DNA of 64,000 nucleotides from positions 1 to 64,000 of the forward strand of contig JBLIRN010000010.1 of NCBI GenBank assembly GCA_049472315.1. Reading direction: 5' to 3'. The position numbers were made by a program, and so were the translations under genes. Shown one piece after another: positions 42,321-54,206 of this stretch. The stretch is from a bacterium (GTDB lineage Bacteria; SZUA-182; DTGQ01; JAFGSM01). The notes below the pieces were generated by a model, which made no database searches, had not been told where the DNA came from, and was given only the letters and a program-made list of their open reading frames with translations. Each line of letters starts with the position of its first letter. Position 1 is the first letter of the stretch.

Positions 42321-42818
42321 ATGGATCGTACCTATTACCCTGTCAAAGGATTATGCTTTGTTCTGGTAACCATGCTGCTGATCGCCATCATTACCATTGC
42401 TCAGAATGCCACGGAAAATGGACACGATTTTATGAACGATCCGAATAGGTGCGGTGATTGTCACCTCGGCGACCCTGTTTTCGGGGAGACGGACTATCGG
42501 GATCTCGAATTCACTGACGATATCGTGAACCTGTGTCAACGGGAGGAATGCCATCCTGCGGATACCCTCGGAAGATCCCATCCGGTGAACATCACGCCCC
42601 CGGACGATATGGATGTCCCTGAAGACCTTCATCTTGACGAATATCTGAACATGACCTGCGCGACATGTCATCAGCCTCATGGGGAGGCGTACACGGCGTT
42701 GAAGCCTGCCGATTATGTCTTGCCGATAGGGGGAAGCAGTGTGAGTGTCTATCCGTCCTTTTATTTACGGAGGACAAATATCCAGAATGCACTCTGTTTT
42801 GCGTGTCATAAACGGTAG
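42321..42818 (+). CDS. Exported multiheme cytochrome c (doubled-CXXCH type)
   Basis: Signal peptide; CGDCH, CATCH, CFACH and an atypical CQREECH. Confidence 0.88.
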   Translation: MDRTYYPVKGLCFVLVTMLLIAIITIAQNATENGHDFMNDPNRCGDCHLGDPVFGETDYRDLEFTDDIVNLCQREECHPADTLGRSHPVNITPPDDMDVPEDLHLDEYLNMTCATCHQPHGEAYTALKPADYVLPIGGSSVSVYPSFYLRRTNIQNALCFACHKR

Positions 42819-42850
42819 AATCACTTTTGAATAGGGAGGATGAAAAAAAG

Positions 42851-43243
42851 GTGTCTGAAGCGTCCTATTATGGAACAGGAAAGAGGAAAACATCGGTGGC
42901 CCGCGTGTGGATGAAGTCCGGGGCCGAAGGGATACTGGTCAACGGGAGGAGCCCCGAGGAATACTTCAGGATAGCGCGGCTGATAAATATGGTCCGTGAC
43001 CCCCTGGAGTTGACGGGTACGATCTCATCGTTTTCCATCAACATCAATGTCAAAGGGGGAGGAATTTCCGCCCAGGCCGGGGCCGTCCGTCACGGCATTG
43101 CAAAGGCACTATTGAATATGGACAATGCCCTTCGTCTGAAACTCAAAAAGGCGGGATTTCTCACCAGGGACCCCCGGGCAAAAGAGCGAAAGAAATATGG
43201 TCAACGAGGCGCACGGGCTCGGTACCAATTCTCAAAGAGATAA
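42851..43243 (+). CDS. rpsI: 30S ribosomal protein S9
   Basis: GTGKRKTSVARV, GGGISAQAGA, ERKKYG..QFSKR; GTG start. Confidence 0.98.
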   Translation: MSEASYYGTGKRKTSVARVWMKSGAEGILVNGRSPEEYFRIARLINMVRDPLELTGTISSFSININVKGGGISAQAGAVRHGIAKALLNMDNALRLKLKKAGFLTRDPRAKERKKYGQRGARARYQFSKR

Positions 43244-43259
43244 TGGTTAGGAATCCTTT

Positions 43260-44462
43260 GTGAAGATCATCGAGCAGGGGAATCTCGCACTCGTCAAAGG
43301 AATTCGGGCATCCGGCATCCACTGCGGTATAAAGACGAGTAAAAAGAGGGATCTTGCCCTCGTTTTTTCAGAGTCCCCGGCACGTGCTGCAGGGGTCTTT
43401 ACCTCCAACAGAATCATCGCCGCCCCGCTTGTCGTTACCAGGGAACATCTTTCCGCCGGTCAGGCCCAGGCCATCGTTGCCAATAGCGGTATCGCCAATG
43501 CAGCAACAGGGCAGAGGGGAATCGATGATGCCCGCCGGATGGCACGGCTCACCGCCTCCAGTCTCAATATACCCGAAAATTCCGTGATCGTTGCATCAAC
43601 CGGTATGATCGGCAGATTTCTGCCCATGGAAAGGATCGACTCGGGCATTCGAGAAGCGGCCTGCGCACTTTCCACGGATGGGGGCGCGGATGCGGCGGAG
43701 GCGATCATGACCACGGATACCTTTCCCAAGCACCTCGCAGTCCGGATAGACCTGGATGGATGCGCCGTCACCCTGGCCGGCATGGCCAAGGGAGCGGGAA
43801 TGATACAGCCCAATATGGCGACGATGCTTGCCTTTCTTGCCACCGATGCAGCGGTGGAAGGGGATTTTCTCCGGGATGCGCTCCGGGATGCCGTGGCAAG
43901 GACCTTTAACTGCATTACGGTTGACGGTGACACCAGCACAAACGATATGGTGGTCATTCTGGCAAACGGCCTTTCCGGAAACACCCCAATCAACGCCCGG
44001 AGCAGTCAGGCACAGCCCTTTCTTGATGCGCTCGAACTCGTATGCAGCAGGCTTTCCCTCATGATCGTCGAGGACGGCGAGGGTGCAACAAAACTGGTCA
44101 GTATTGAGGTGCGGGGGGCGAATACCCGCAGTGATGCGAACGCTATCGCCTTCAGGATCGCCAATTCCCCCCTGGTCAAGACATCGCTGTATGGCAGGAG
44201 GTGCAACTGGGGGCGGATAATGGCCGCTGCGGGATCGTCGGGTGTCGCCGTAGATCAGGACAGGATAGATATCTTCTACGGCAATGTTCAGGTTGTCCGA
44301 AACGGCCTCGGTTTGGGGCGTGAAAAGGAGGCGGAGTCCCTGCTCGGATCGAGACAGGTCCGGCTCACTATTGACCTACACCTGGGAGATGCGGCTGAAA
44401 CCGTTTTGACCACCGACCTTTCACCGGAGTACATTCACATCAATGCGGACTACGCCACATGA
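43260..44462 (+). CDS. argJ: Bifunctional ornithine acetyltransferase/N-acetylglutamate synthase
   Basis: IMTTDT, KGAGMIQPNMATML, DTSTND and DGEGATK motifs. Confidence 0.96.
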   Translation: MKIIEQGNLALVKGIRASGIHCGIKTSKKRDLALVFSESPARAAGVFTSNRIIAAPLVVTREHLSAGQAQAIVANSGIANAATGQRGIDDARRMARLTASSLNIPENSVIVASTGMIGRFLPMERIDSGIREAACALSTDGGADAAEAIMTTDTFPKHLAVRIDLDGCAVTLAGMAKGAGMIQPNMATMLAFLATDAAVEGDFLRDALRDAVARTFNCITVDGDTSTNDMVVILANGLSGNTPINARSSQAQPFLDALELVCSRLSLMIVEDGEGATKLVSIEVRGANTRSDANAIAFRIANSPLVKTSLYGRRCNWGRIMAAAGSSGVAVDQDRIDIFYGNVQVVRNGLGLGREKEAESLLGSRQVRLTIDLHLGDAAETVLTTDLSPEYIHINADYAT

Positions 44463-44619
44463 GGACCGTTCAAGCATATTCCCACTGCAATGTTGTTATA
44501 GGGGGAAATGTGACGAGGTGAGAGGAAACAGGTCTCAGGCACGAAACTTGAATTGCCTGATGGAATGGTAATCACTTGCATGAATTGCGTTTTTGTGTTA
44601 GCATTTCAATGGTTTTAAA

Positions 44620-44720
44620 CAAATACACACATCCTCGGATAATGGGCCGGGTGCTGGCACTGCCAATTGGCTCATGGTGTGAAGGGGATGGCGGAACAGC
44701 AACCCATTTAAGGGAGGTCG
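44620..44720 (+). promoter_or_regulatory. rpsB 5' leader (putative S2 autoregulatory RNA)
   Basis: ACACAC...GGTGC...CATCC/GGATG pairing...AACCC pattern upstream of rpsB; promoter TTGCAT-N17-TAGCAT at 44576..44604. Confidence 0.5.
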
Positions 44721-44724
44721 TTGA

Positions 44725-45570
44725 ATGTTTAATGTATCAATGAAGCAGTTGCTCGAGGCGGGGGTTCACTTCGGCCACCAGGCCAAGCGCTGGAACCCGA
44801 AGATGAAGAAGTATCTCTTTATCGAGAGAAACGGTATCTTCATTATCGATCTTCAAAAGACCCTTCGAAAATTCAAGGAGGCCTATCAATTTGTTCAGGA
44901 CCTTGCTGCGCAGGGAGGCTCGATTCTATTCGTCGGCACCAAACGACAGGCCCAAGAGGTTATCATGGAAGAGGCCGGCAGGTGCAATATGTCCTATGTC
45001 AATCAGCGTTGGCTCGGCGGCATGCTGACCAATTTCGATACCATCCAAAAAAGCCTGAACAAGATGAAACGATTGGTGGAGATGAAGGAAAGCGGAAACT
45101 ACGCGGGTCTGACCAAAAAGGAGGCCTCTAAACTGGAAAAAAAGAGGCAGAAAATGGAGAAGGTACTGATCGGCATTCGCGATATGAACAAGTTGCCCGA
45201 TGCGGTCTTTATCATTGACACAAAAAAGGAACGGATCGCCGTCAATGAGGCGAACAAGCTGGAGATACCGGTCATCGCCATTCTCGATACCAATGCCGAT
45301 CCGGATGGGATACAGTTTCCGATACCCGGCAATGACGACGCGATTCGTTCAATCAAGCTGATTACCTCGTACATGGCGGATGCCGTCCTTGAAGGGCATG
45401 ATGAATGGCTTGCCTCTCTGAAACAAGAGGCTGAAGAGCTTGACGAGCGGGACAAGGAGGAAAGGGGTTCGCCGCCTAAGCAAAAGCCGCGGAAAAAGCC
45501 CAGACCCAAGGTGGCCGAACCGGGTGAAAACAAGGATGAAGAAAGAGTGGAGAGTGAAAACGTCGCATAG
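44725..45570 (+). CDS. rpsB: 30S ribosomal protein S2
   Basis: [19 protein letters not shown] and PGNDDA motifs. Confidence 0.98.
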   Translation: MFNVSMKQLLEAGVHFGHQAKRWNPKMKKYLFIERNGIFIIDLQKTLRKFKEAYQFVQDLAAQGGSILFVGTKRQAQEVIMEEAGRCNMSYVNQRWLGGMLTNFDTIQKSLNKMKRLVEMKESGNYAGLTKKEASKLEKKRQKMEKVLIGIRDMNKLPDAVFIIDTKKERIAVNEANKLEIPVIAILDTNADPDGIQFPIPGNDDAIRSIKLITSYMADAVLEGHDEWLASLKQEAEELDERDKEERGSPPKQKPRKKPRPKVAEPGENKDEERVESENVA

Positions 45571-45623
45571 ATGCTTAAAATTATCTTCGATATGACCCCA
45601 ATAGCGTGGAAAGGGAATCGAAT

Positions 45624-46226
45624 ATGGAGATTTCAGCACAGCAGGTAAAGGATCTTCGTATAAAGACAGGTGCCGGTTTCATGGAATGCAAGCAAGCCCT
45701 CCAGGAGACTGGAGGGGATAGTGAAAAGGCCGTAGAGTATCTCAGAAAAAAGGGGATTTCCACCGCCGCCAAAAAGGCCGGCAGGGAGACCTCACAGGGG
45801 CTCATTCATTCCTATATCCATGGAAACGGACGGATCGGTGTGCTCCTGGAGGTAAACTGTGAGACCGATTTTGTAGCGCGGACCCCGGATTTCAAGGAGT
45901 TTGCCAAGGATATGGCGATGCAGATCGCGGCATTCAGCCCCCTGTATGTCAAGAGGGAGGATGTCCCTTCGGAACTCATTGAAAAGGAGAAGGAGATCTA
46001 CAAATCACAAATGGAGGACGGAAAAAAGCCTCCACAGATCATTGACAAGATTGTATCGGGAAAGATCGACAAAAATTTCTTTGCCAAGGTGTGCCTCCTT
46101 GAACAGGCCTTTGTCCGTGACGACAAGAGGACAGTCAAGGAGGTCCTTACCGAGCGCATCGCGGCACTCGGTGAAAACATCAACATACGGCGATTTGTTC
46201 GTTTTGAACTCGGCGAGGACGTGTGA
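45624..46226 (+). CDS. tsf: Elongation factor Ts (short form)
   Basis: [13 protein letters not shown] and [10 protein letters not shown] motifs. Confidence 0.97.
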   Translation: MEISAQQVKDLRIKTGAGFMECKQALQETGGDSEKAVEYLRKKGISTAAKKAGRETSQGLIHSYIHGNGRIGVLLEVNCETDFVARTPDFKEFAKDMAMQIAAFSPLYVKREDVPSELIEKEKEIYKSQMEDGKKPPQIIDKIVSGKIDKNFFAKVCLLEQAFVRDDKRTVKEVLTERIAALGENINIRRFVRFELGEDV

Positions 46227-46954
46227 GCTTCGATACGCCAGTCTATAAGAGGATACTCCTCAAGCTCAGCGGAGAGGCACTGCAGGGAGAGCGGGGATAC
46301 GGTATTGATTCGAAGACCGTTCTTTCCATTGCAGAAGAGATTACGGAAATAAGGGATCTCGGCGTTGAAATCGCCATAGTGATGGGCGGAGGAAATATAT
46401 ACCGTGGTTCCTCCGGGGAGATTTCCTGCGTGGAAAAGACCTCCGCCGATTATATGGGGATGCTCGCCACGGTGATAAACGGACTTGCCCTCCAGGGGGC
46501 GCTGGAAAAATTTGGTGCATTCACCCGGGTCTTGACCGCCATAGAAATGCCGAGGGTTGCAGAGCCATACATCCGTCGAAGGGCCATCCGCCATATGGAA
46601 AAGGGCAGAATCGTCATACTGGCGGGAGGAACCGGCAATCCCTATTTCACCACCGATACGGCTGCCTCCCTTCGGGCAATTGAAATCGCCGCCGAGGCCA
46701 TATTGAAGGCAACCAAGGTGGACGGCATCTATTCGTCGGATCCCATGAAAGACAAGGATGCACAAAAGATTGAAGAACTTACCTACATGGAGGTCATACG
46801 AAGACGTCTCCAGGTTATGGATAATACCGCTATAACCCTGTGCATGGAGAATATGATCCCGATCGTTGTCTTTAATTTCATGAAAAAGGGAAACCTGAAA
46901 AGGATCATATATGGAGAACCAATAGGATCATACATAAAGGGTGAGGAATCATGA
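46223..46954 (+). CDS. pyrH: UMP kinase
   Basis: [13 protein letters not shown] and GNPYFTTD motifs. Confidence 0.97.
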   Translation: MSFDTPVYKRILLKLSGEALQGERGYGIDSKTVLSIAEEITEIRDLGVEIAIVMGGGNIYRGSSGEISCVEKTSADYMGMLATVINGLALQGALEKFGAFTRVLTAIEMPRVAEPYIRRRAIRHMEKGRIVILAGGTGNPYFTTDTAASLRAIEIAAEAILKATKVDGIYSSDPMKDKDAQKIEELTYMEVIRRRLQVMDNTAITLCMENMIPIVVFNFMKKGNLKRIIYGEPIGSYIKGEES

Positions 46955-47508
46955 CAAAGGAACTTCATAAAGAGACCAGAAATAAGATGGATCTGGCAAT
47001 TGATGCCCTCAAGCACGAATTCGGTTCATTACGGACGGGACGCGCCTCCGCTTCCCTCCTGGATGGTATCAAGGTCGAGTATTACAACTCTCTGACCCCC
47101 CTCAACCAGTTGGCCACCATTTCGGTTCCGGAATCAAGACTCCTTGTTATTCAACCCTGGGATCCTTCATCCCTTGCGAATATTGAAAAGGCGATCCTGA
47201 AATCCGACCTCGGGCTCAATCCTTCGAATGACGGCAAGGTCATACGGTTGTCCATACCGATGCTCACCGAGGAGCGCAGAAAGCAACTGGTCAAGGTGGT
47301 GAAGAATGCCGCTGAAGAGTGTCGGATCTCCATCAGGAATTCCCGCAGGGACAGCAATGAGAAGCTGAAGAAGATGGAAAAGGACAAGCAGATCACCGAA
47401 GACGAATATCACAATGGTCTTAAGGAGATACAAAGCCTTACCGACGAATACATCGGCAAGGTTGACGAGCTTTTGGATAATAAGGAAAAAGAGATTCTGG
47501 AGGTATGA
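46951..47508 (+). CDS. frr: Ribosome recycling factor
   Basis: RTGRA, LGLNP and LTEERRK motifs. Confidence 0.97.
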   Translation: MTKELHKETRNKMDLAIDALKHEFGSLRTGRASASLLDGIKVEYYNSLTPLNQLATISVPESRLLVIQPWDPSSLANIEKAILKSDLGLNPSNDGKVIRLSIPMLTEERRKQLVKVVKNAAEECRISIRNSRRDSNEKLKKMEKDKQITEDEYHNGLKEIQSLTDEYIGKVDELLDNKEKEILEV

Positions 47509-47586
47509 AAATCCGGCATGTGGCCATCGATCCGCGCACAAGGGATGGTGTGTTTTCGGTTGTGACATGTTCGCCGGAGCGTATAA

Positions 47587-48843
<1,257 letters not shown>

Positions 48844-49058
48844 TGCGTTGGCCATAGCCCGGGTACATCGTCATTATGGATGCCCTCGATTTACAGGACA
48901 TGACGCTGGTATAATGTGATGAAAAAAATCGGTATACATATGATGAGAAAAATCGAATACCTTATGCATGATGCGCAGCCTTACACGGGGTTTCATAACG
49001 GACCCCCAGGTCAGGTCCATACGTTTCTATTATCTTTTTATAATAGGGGGAATACGGA

Positions 49059-49406
49059 ATGATTTTGCTCAACGTTGCCTATGCCATGTCTTCGGGTGGT
49101 GGTCAGACCGGACAGTCCGGAGGAGGTGGAATGGTGGGGGGGCTGGTTACACTCGGCCTCATCTTTTTGGTGTTTTATTTTCTCCTGATCAGACCCCAGC
49201 AAAAACAGCAGCAAAAACTCCAGGAAATGCGCAATACACTGCGCGCGGGAGAGAAGGTTATGACCACCGGGGGAATATTCGGAACCGTTGAATCGATATC
49301 ATCCGATTCCGTTATGCTCAAGATAGCCGATAAGGTAAGAATCGAGGTCGCCAAAAATGCCATTGCCGGCATACGAGAGGGGACCAAAAAGGGTGGCAAA
49401 GAATAA
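49059..49406 (+). CDS. yajC: Preprotein translocase subunit YajC
   Basis: FYFLLIRPQ and TTGGIFG motifs. Confidence 0.96.
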   Translation: MILLNVAYAMSSGGGQTGQSGGGGMVGGLVTLGLIFLVFYFLLIRPQQKQQQKLQEMRNTLRAGEKVMTTGGIFGTVESISSDSVMLKIADKVRIEVAKNAIAGIREGTKKGGKE

Positions 49407-49436
49407 AACGATGCATGTGAGAATAAGGGGGTCACA

Positions 49437-51026
49437 GTGAAAGATAACCTGAAATGGAAATTCTGGCTTATCGTCAGCATAAGCATTATCGCCTTTGTCT
49501 ATATTCTGCCTTCGTTAACCAGTTCGCTTCCCTCATGGTGGAAAAAAAAGATCGATAAGGTGCACCTCGGTCTTGACCTTCAGGGCGGCATGCACCTCGT
49601 ACTCGGCGTAAAGGTGGAAAAGGCCATCGAGAGCTATCTGGAAAGAACCGCCAGTACCATCAAGGACGCCATGCGGGAGAAGGGGATCGTATTCGACAGC
49701 ATCGAGCGGGTCGATGGGAGAAAGATCGGCGTAAAGCTGGTGACCGAGGAATTCGTATCACCCATGGACACCATCATGGAGGATTATGTCAATTTCGAGG
49801 TGGCAAACCCCGTTGAGGGGGACAACACCCGCTTCCTTCTCACCCTGCGTCCCCAGGAGGCCGATCGTATCAAGGAGTCGGCCCTCAACCAGGCGGTGGA
49901 GACCATTCGAAACCGGATCGATCAGTTCGGGGTCAGTGAACCGACCATTCAGAAACAGGGCGAGGACCGGATTGTCGTGGAGCTTCCGGGGATAAAGGAC
50001 ACGAAACGGGCCATTTCCCTCATCGGGAAGACCGCTCAGCTTGAATTCAAGATTGTCGATGACGAGGCGAACCTCGATGAGGCCCTCAAGGGGAACATCC
50101 CCCCTGATGATGAAATCCTCCATGAGAGGACCGTGGACAGGGACACCGGAAGGCTGATCAAAAAGCCCTATCTGCTCAAAAAGAGGACCCTCATGACCGG
50201 GGACGTGCTGACCGATGCCGAGGTACGGATCGGCGGGGAATACGGGGAATCATACGTGGCCATCACGTTCGACAGCGGTGGGGCGAAGCTCTTTGAGCAA
50301 ATTACCGCGGAGAACGTCGGACGCCGGCTTGCCATCATTCTTGACAAAAATGTGTACTCAGCCCCGGTTATACGCGAAAAAATCGGTGGAGGAAGGGCCC
50401 AGATCACCGGGAATTTCTCTACCGAAGAGGCCCATGACCTGGCCATAGTTTTGAGGGCCGGCGCCTTGCCCGCGCCGGTGGAAATCATGCACCAGCAATC
50501 GGTCGGACCATCACTCGGCCATGATTCCATTCGGAAGGGGCTTATATCCCTGCTGATAGGCTTTGTGCTGGTGATCGGATTTATGGTGCTGTACTACAAC
50601 CTCTCGGGCTTTGTGGCCGATCTTGCCCTTATCCTGAATATCGTCCTGATCATGGCGGTACTTTCCATGTTCAAGGCAACCTTGACCCTTCCTGGAATAG
50701 CGGGAATCGTTCTGACCATTGGTATGGCGGTCGATGCCAATGTCCTCATATTCGAACGGATACGGGAGGAGCTCCTCCTCGGTAAAACGGTGAGGGCCGC
50801 AGTGAGTGCGGGATATGCCAAGGCATTTATCACCATTTTGGATGCGAATGTTACGACCCTTATTGCCGCAGTGGTCCTCTTCCAATTCGGAACCGGGCCG
50901 GTAAAGGGGTTTGCTGTGACCCTCAGCATCGGTATTATTGCAAGCATGTTTACGGCAATATTCGTAACCAGGTTTGTGTTTGACTGGTTCATGACCAGGG
51001 TGCGAATCCAAACCCTGAGCATCTAA
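49437..51026 (+). CDS. secD: Protein translocase subunit SecD
   Basis: LGLDLQGG, GMAVDANV and DANVTT motifs. Confidence 0.97.
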   Translation: MKDNLKWKFWLIVSISIIAFVYILPSLTSSLPSWWKKKIDKVHLGLDLQGGMHLVLGVKVEKAIESYLERTASTIKDAMREKGIVFDSIERVDGRKIGVKLVTEEFVSPMDTIMEDYVNFEVANPVEGDNTRFLLTLRPQEADRIKESALNQAVETIRNRIDQFGVSEPTIQKQGEDRIVVELPGIKDTKRAISLIGKTAQLEFKIVDDEANLDEALKGNIPPDDEILHERTVDRDTGRLIKKPYLLKKRTLMTGDVLTDAEVRIGGEYGESYVAITFDSGGAKLFEQITAENVGRRLAIILDKNVYSAPVIREKIGGGRAQITGNFSTEEAHDLAIVLRAGALPAPVEIMHQQSVGPSLGHDSIRKGLISLLIGFVLVIGFMVLYYNLSGFVADLALILNIVLIMAVLSMFKATLTLPGIAGIVLTIGMAVDANVLIFERIREELLLGKTVRAAVSAGYAKAFITILDANVTTLIAAVVLFQFGTGPVKGFAVTLSIGIIASMFTAIFVTRFVFDWFMTRVRIQTLSI

Positions 51027-51050
51027 TACAGAATATACGAGGAGGCACGA

Positions 51051-52151
51051 ATGAGGTTCTTTAGAAACGACTTAAACATAGATTTCATGGGGGCCCGAAA
51101 ATGGGCCATCCTTGGCTCGCTTCTCATTATCGGGGTGGGTATCGCCTCCCTCATCGTTAAAAACGGGCCTCGCTACGGTGTTGACTTCGCTGGTGGGACC
51201 TTGGTCCAGGTCAAATTCAACGTGCCGATGGAAATCGACACGCTGCGCAACACCTTAAAGGGCCTGGATATGGGGGAGATCCTGATTCAACGCTATGGTG
51301 AGAAGGAGGAAAACGAGGTACTCCTGAGAATGTCCGCAACCACCTCATCATTGGAGGGGTTCGAAACGAGGATCGGAGATGCCCTCACTCAAACCATAGG
51401 AGCGGATGCCTTTGAGATACGAAGGGTGGAGATGGTGGGGCCCAAGGTGGGGAAGGACCTGCGCGAGAAGGGGATATGGGCGATCATCTTCGCCACCCTA
51501 GGGGTTTTGATCTATACGTGGTGGCGGTTTGAATTCGTATACGCCCTTGGCGCCATCATTGCCCTTATCCACGATGTTCTGGTGACCGTAGGCGCCTTCT
51601 CCCTGACCAACCGTGAATTCACCCTCCCGGTGATCGCCGCGCTTTTGACCATCATCGGTTATTCCCTGAACGATACCATCGTGGTCTTCGACCGGGTGAG
51701 GGACAATCTCAAGTTGATGAGAAACCGTTCCCTCAAGGATATTCTCAATACGAGCATCAATCAGACGCTGGGAAGGACCGTGCTCACCTCGTTGACCACC
51801 TTTTTTGTGGTATTCTGCCTGTATGTCCTGGGGGGAGAGGTCATCAACGACTTTGCCTTCGCCCTCATCATCGGCGTTATCGTGGGTACATACTCGTCCG
51901 TGTACATTGCAAGCCCGGTTGCCCTCTTTTTCCACAATCTTGCCCCCTCCGCGAAGGGCGCAGGCGGTGCAAGGGCAAAGAGGGAGATGGGGCCGGGCAT
52001 GCCCGCAAGCAGTATCGGCCCTGTCAACAAAGGCGGCGTAAGCAGGATGATGGAGCAGCAGAAACAGATTCAAGCGGCTGCCTCGTCGGAATCAAAGAAG
52101 AAGGGATCCAAGGGCTCTTCAAAAAGGCGCAAGAAGAATCGACGCGGCTGA
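51051..52151 (+). CDS. secF: Protein translocase subunit SecF (long basic C-terminal tail)
   Basis: GVDFAGG, GYSLNDTIVVFDR and GTYSS motifs. Confidence 0.97.
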   Translation: MRFFRNDLNIDFMGARKWAILGSLLIIGVGIASLIVKNGPRYGVDFAGGTLVQVKFNVPMEIDTLRNTLKGLDMGEILIQRYGEKEENEVLLRMSATTSSLEGFETRIGDALTQTIGADAFEIRRVEMVGPKVGKDLREKGIWAIIFATLGVLIYTWWRFEFVYALGAIIALIHDVLVTVGAFSLTNREFTLPVIAALLTIIGYSLNDTIVVFDRVRDNLKLMRNRSLKDILNTSINQTLGRTVLTSLTTFFVVFCLYVLGGEVINDFAFALIIGVIVGTYSSVYIASPVALFFHNLAPSAKGAGGARAKREMGPGMPASSIGPVNKGGVSRMMEQQKQIQAAASSESKKKGSKGSSKRRKKNRRG

Positions 52152-52222
52152 TCCTGATCAAAATCCCGCTTCAATGGGAATGACCAGGCGGCATAGTGCG
52201 TTTATACACGAGTTTTGAAACG

Positions 52223-52270
52223 AACAGGCCATGTAACCCTTCCAGAGAAGGAACACATGGCCTGTTTATT
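52223..52270. terminator. Hairpin between convergent secF and paralog 2
   Basis: AACAGGCCATGT / ACATGGCCTGTT 12-bp stem followed by TATT. Confidence 0.55.
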
Positions 52271-52340
52271 GTAAGCCGTATAATCCAATTCACCACGGAG
52301 CACACAGGGCAATTCGTTGTGCTGCTCCGGGATTTCTATC

Positions 52341-54206
52341 CTAAAAGGTCCACCAGGGCTCTACGTCGAGCAGGAAATTCATGACCGCATACCCCCCTCT
52401 GATATCGTAGGCGATGATCTCAACAAGATATCTTCCCGGCCAGGGGGTGGTCAGGGTGTAGACCGCCCCGCTCACGTACCTGCCCTTCATATCCTCGTCC
52501 ACGGTCTTGCCGATTTCGCTTTCAGGCGTAATACCGAATCCCGGTTTCATTTCCGTTACACTGCCGATATTACATGAATAGTAGATGACATCACCGTCGG
52601 GGTCGAAGAATTCAACGGGTATAAGGAATGTCCTTCCGGCCTTGGCAATCTGCGGGCTGTCGATGTCTTCGCAGAGTATTGGGGGATGATTCAACCAGGT
52701 CCCGTAATTTACCACCACCAGGGTAAAGTCGGTCACCGCCGACAGCCCCCGCGCATCGGTGGCAATAACCTGAATCCGGTGAATCCCTTCGAACTGGGGA
52801 CTGAATTTGATTTGAGGCACACAGGGCAACGGGATGATGGCTTCCTGCCAGGGGCCGTACTGGTAACTGGGGACGCCGTTTATCAGGGCGGAGTAGGTGA
52901 TGTTTCCCGGTTCCTCGACCGTACCGGGGATATCTTCTTCATCCTTATCGTAGCAGGCAAATTGTTTGACAAAATAGCCGTCGTTGCTCCCCAGGATATA
53001 GACATCGTCCTCGATCTCCTCGAAGTAGGGCGGGTGGTTCTCCACCGGATAATTTACCACCGACAAGGGAAAGGTCTCGATGTCCGAGAGTCCTCCCTCG
53101 TCCACCACCCGGATGGTCACTATGAGATCCTCGAAATGCTGGGGCACGAACTGCATCATAACCTTGTCCTTGGCGCATGCAGAATCGTTATTCGCACACA
53201 GGATATAGGAGCCGGAATTATTCGGGTCCTCCTTGACCCGGTGGATCAAATCGGTGGTCTGAATGCCCTTGGAGCCGTATCCCCCTATGGTTGCAAGGAA
53301 CTCTAGCCTTGACTCGTCTGAGGCACCGGTGAGCTCGACATCGGAGGCGGTGATGAGGGTGCTGAACGGCACGAAGAGCTGGGCATACTGCGGCCCGATC
53401 CGCTGCAGCTTGGGAGGATGGTTGATGATATCCCCCAATTTGTCGTGGAAGGCGATATTATCGACCATCAGTTGATACCCCTTCAGCATGATGGAGAGTA
53501 TCCGGGATTCACCGGGGCCAAAAATGGACTTGCCGAATCCGTCCCTGTCGGGGTCGTCCATTTCATACCCCAATGCCAGTGCCACGTCCTGGTCCAGGTC
53601 TCGAAGCACCAGATGCCATGTCCCATCCTGGTACTGTCTGCCCAGTTCGTACACAAACCCGGGGGGATCCATCCTTCCGGTAAAGATGTCCCCAGGTCTT
53701 CCCTCGTAAGGTATAGGCCCCGATTCACGCTGGCCTACCGGCCTATAGATGAGATTGACCTGTTCGCCCTTGCGCGAGACAAGGAATATCTGTACCTCCC
53801 ACTGATCGAACCACTCTATGCCGAACCACATGCGAATGTTGAATGAGATGATATTCTTGTCGTTGATGGGGTCGCCATCGGGGTAGGTGACGGACTCATT
53901 CCATGCATAAAAGGGATAGAATTGATTCAGGTGGGACATCATGCATTCATAGAGAAGGACCCTGCTCTGCAATCCCGGGTCGATAACCGTCGTTATACGA
54001 CCGAATCCGGTGTAGGGACACCATCCGTAGACCGGGTAGGGGGGGCAGGAGCTCTTCCATCCATAGAAACTCGGTGCATTCCAGTACTCAAAATCCTGCC
54101 ACACGAAGGTATCGGCCCGTGCGCCGGGTCCGGTCAGCAGAAGGTGGAAGCATGCGGCCATCATGCATACGACGACTACAAGTACGAATCCCCTCTTTTT
54201 CACCAT
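52341..54206 (-). CDS. Uncharacterised secreted protein, paralog 2 (Cys form)
   Basis: Signal peptide ending ARA; DTFVWQDFEYW; SSCPPYPVYGWCPYTGFG; three NHPP segments; ends LDVEPWWTF. Confidence 0.87.
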   Translation of the reverse strand: MVKKRGFVLVVVVCMMAACFHLLLTGPGARADTFVWQDFEYWNAPSFYGWKSSCPPYPVYGWCPYTGFGRITTVIDPGLQSRVLLYECMMSHLNQFYPFYAWNESVTYPDGDPINDKNIISFNIRMWFGIEWFDQWEVQIFLVSRKGEQVNLIYRPVGQRESGPIPYEGRPGDIFTGRMDPPGFVYELGRQYQDGTWHLVLRDLDQDVALALGYEMDDPDRDGFGKSIFGPGESRILSIMLKGYQLMVDNIAFHDKLGDIINHPPKLQRIGPQYAQLFVPFSTLITASDVELTGASDESRLEFLATIGGYGSKGIQTTDLIHRVKEDPNNSGSYILCANNDSACAKDKVMMQFVPQHFEDLIVTIRVVDEGGLSDIETFPLSVVNYPVENHPPYFEEIEDDVYILGSNDGYFVKQFACYDKDEEDIPGTVEEPGNITYSALINGVPSYQYGPWQEAIIPLPCVPQIKFSPQFEGIHRIQVIATDARGLSAVTDFTLVVVNYGTWLNHPPILCEDIDSPQIAKAGRTFLIPVEFFDPDGDVIYYSCNIGSVTEMKPGFGITPESEIGKTVDEDMKGRYVSGAVYTLTTPWPGRYLVEIIAYDIRGGYAVMNFLLDVEPWWTF

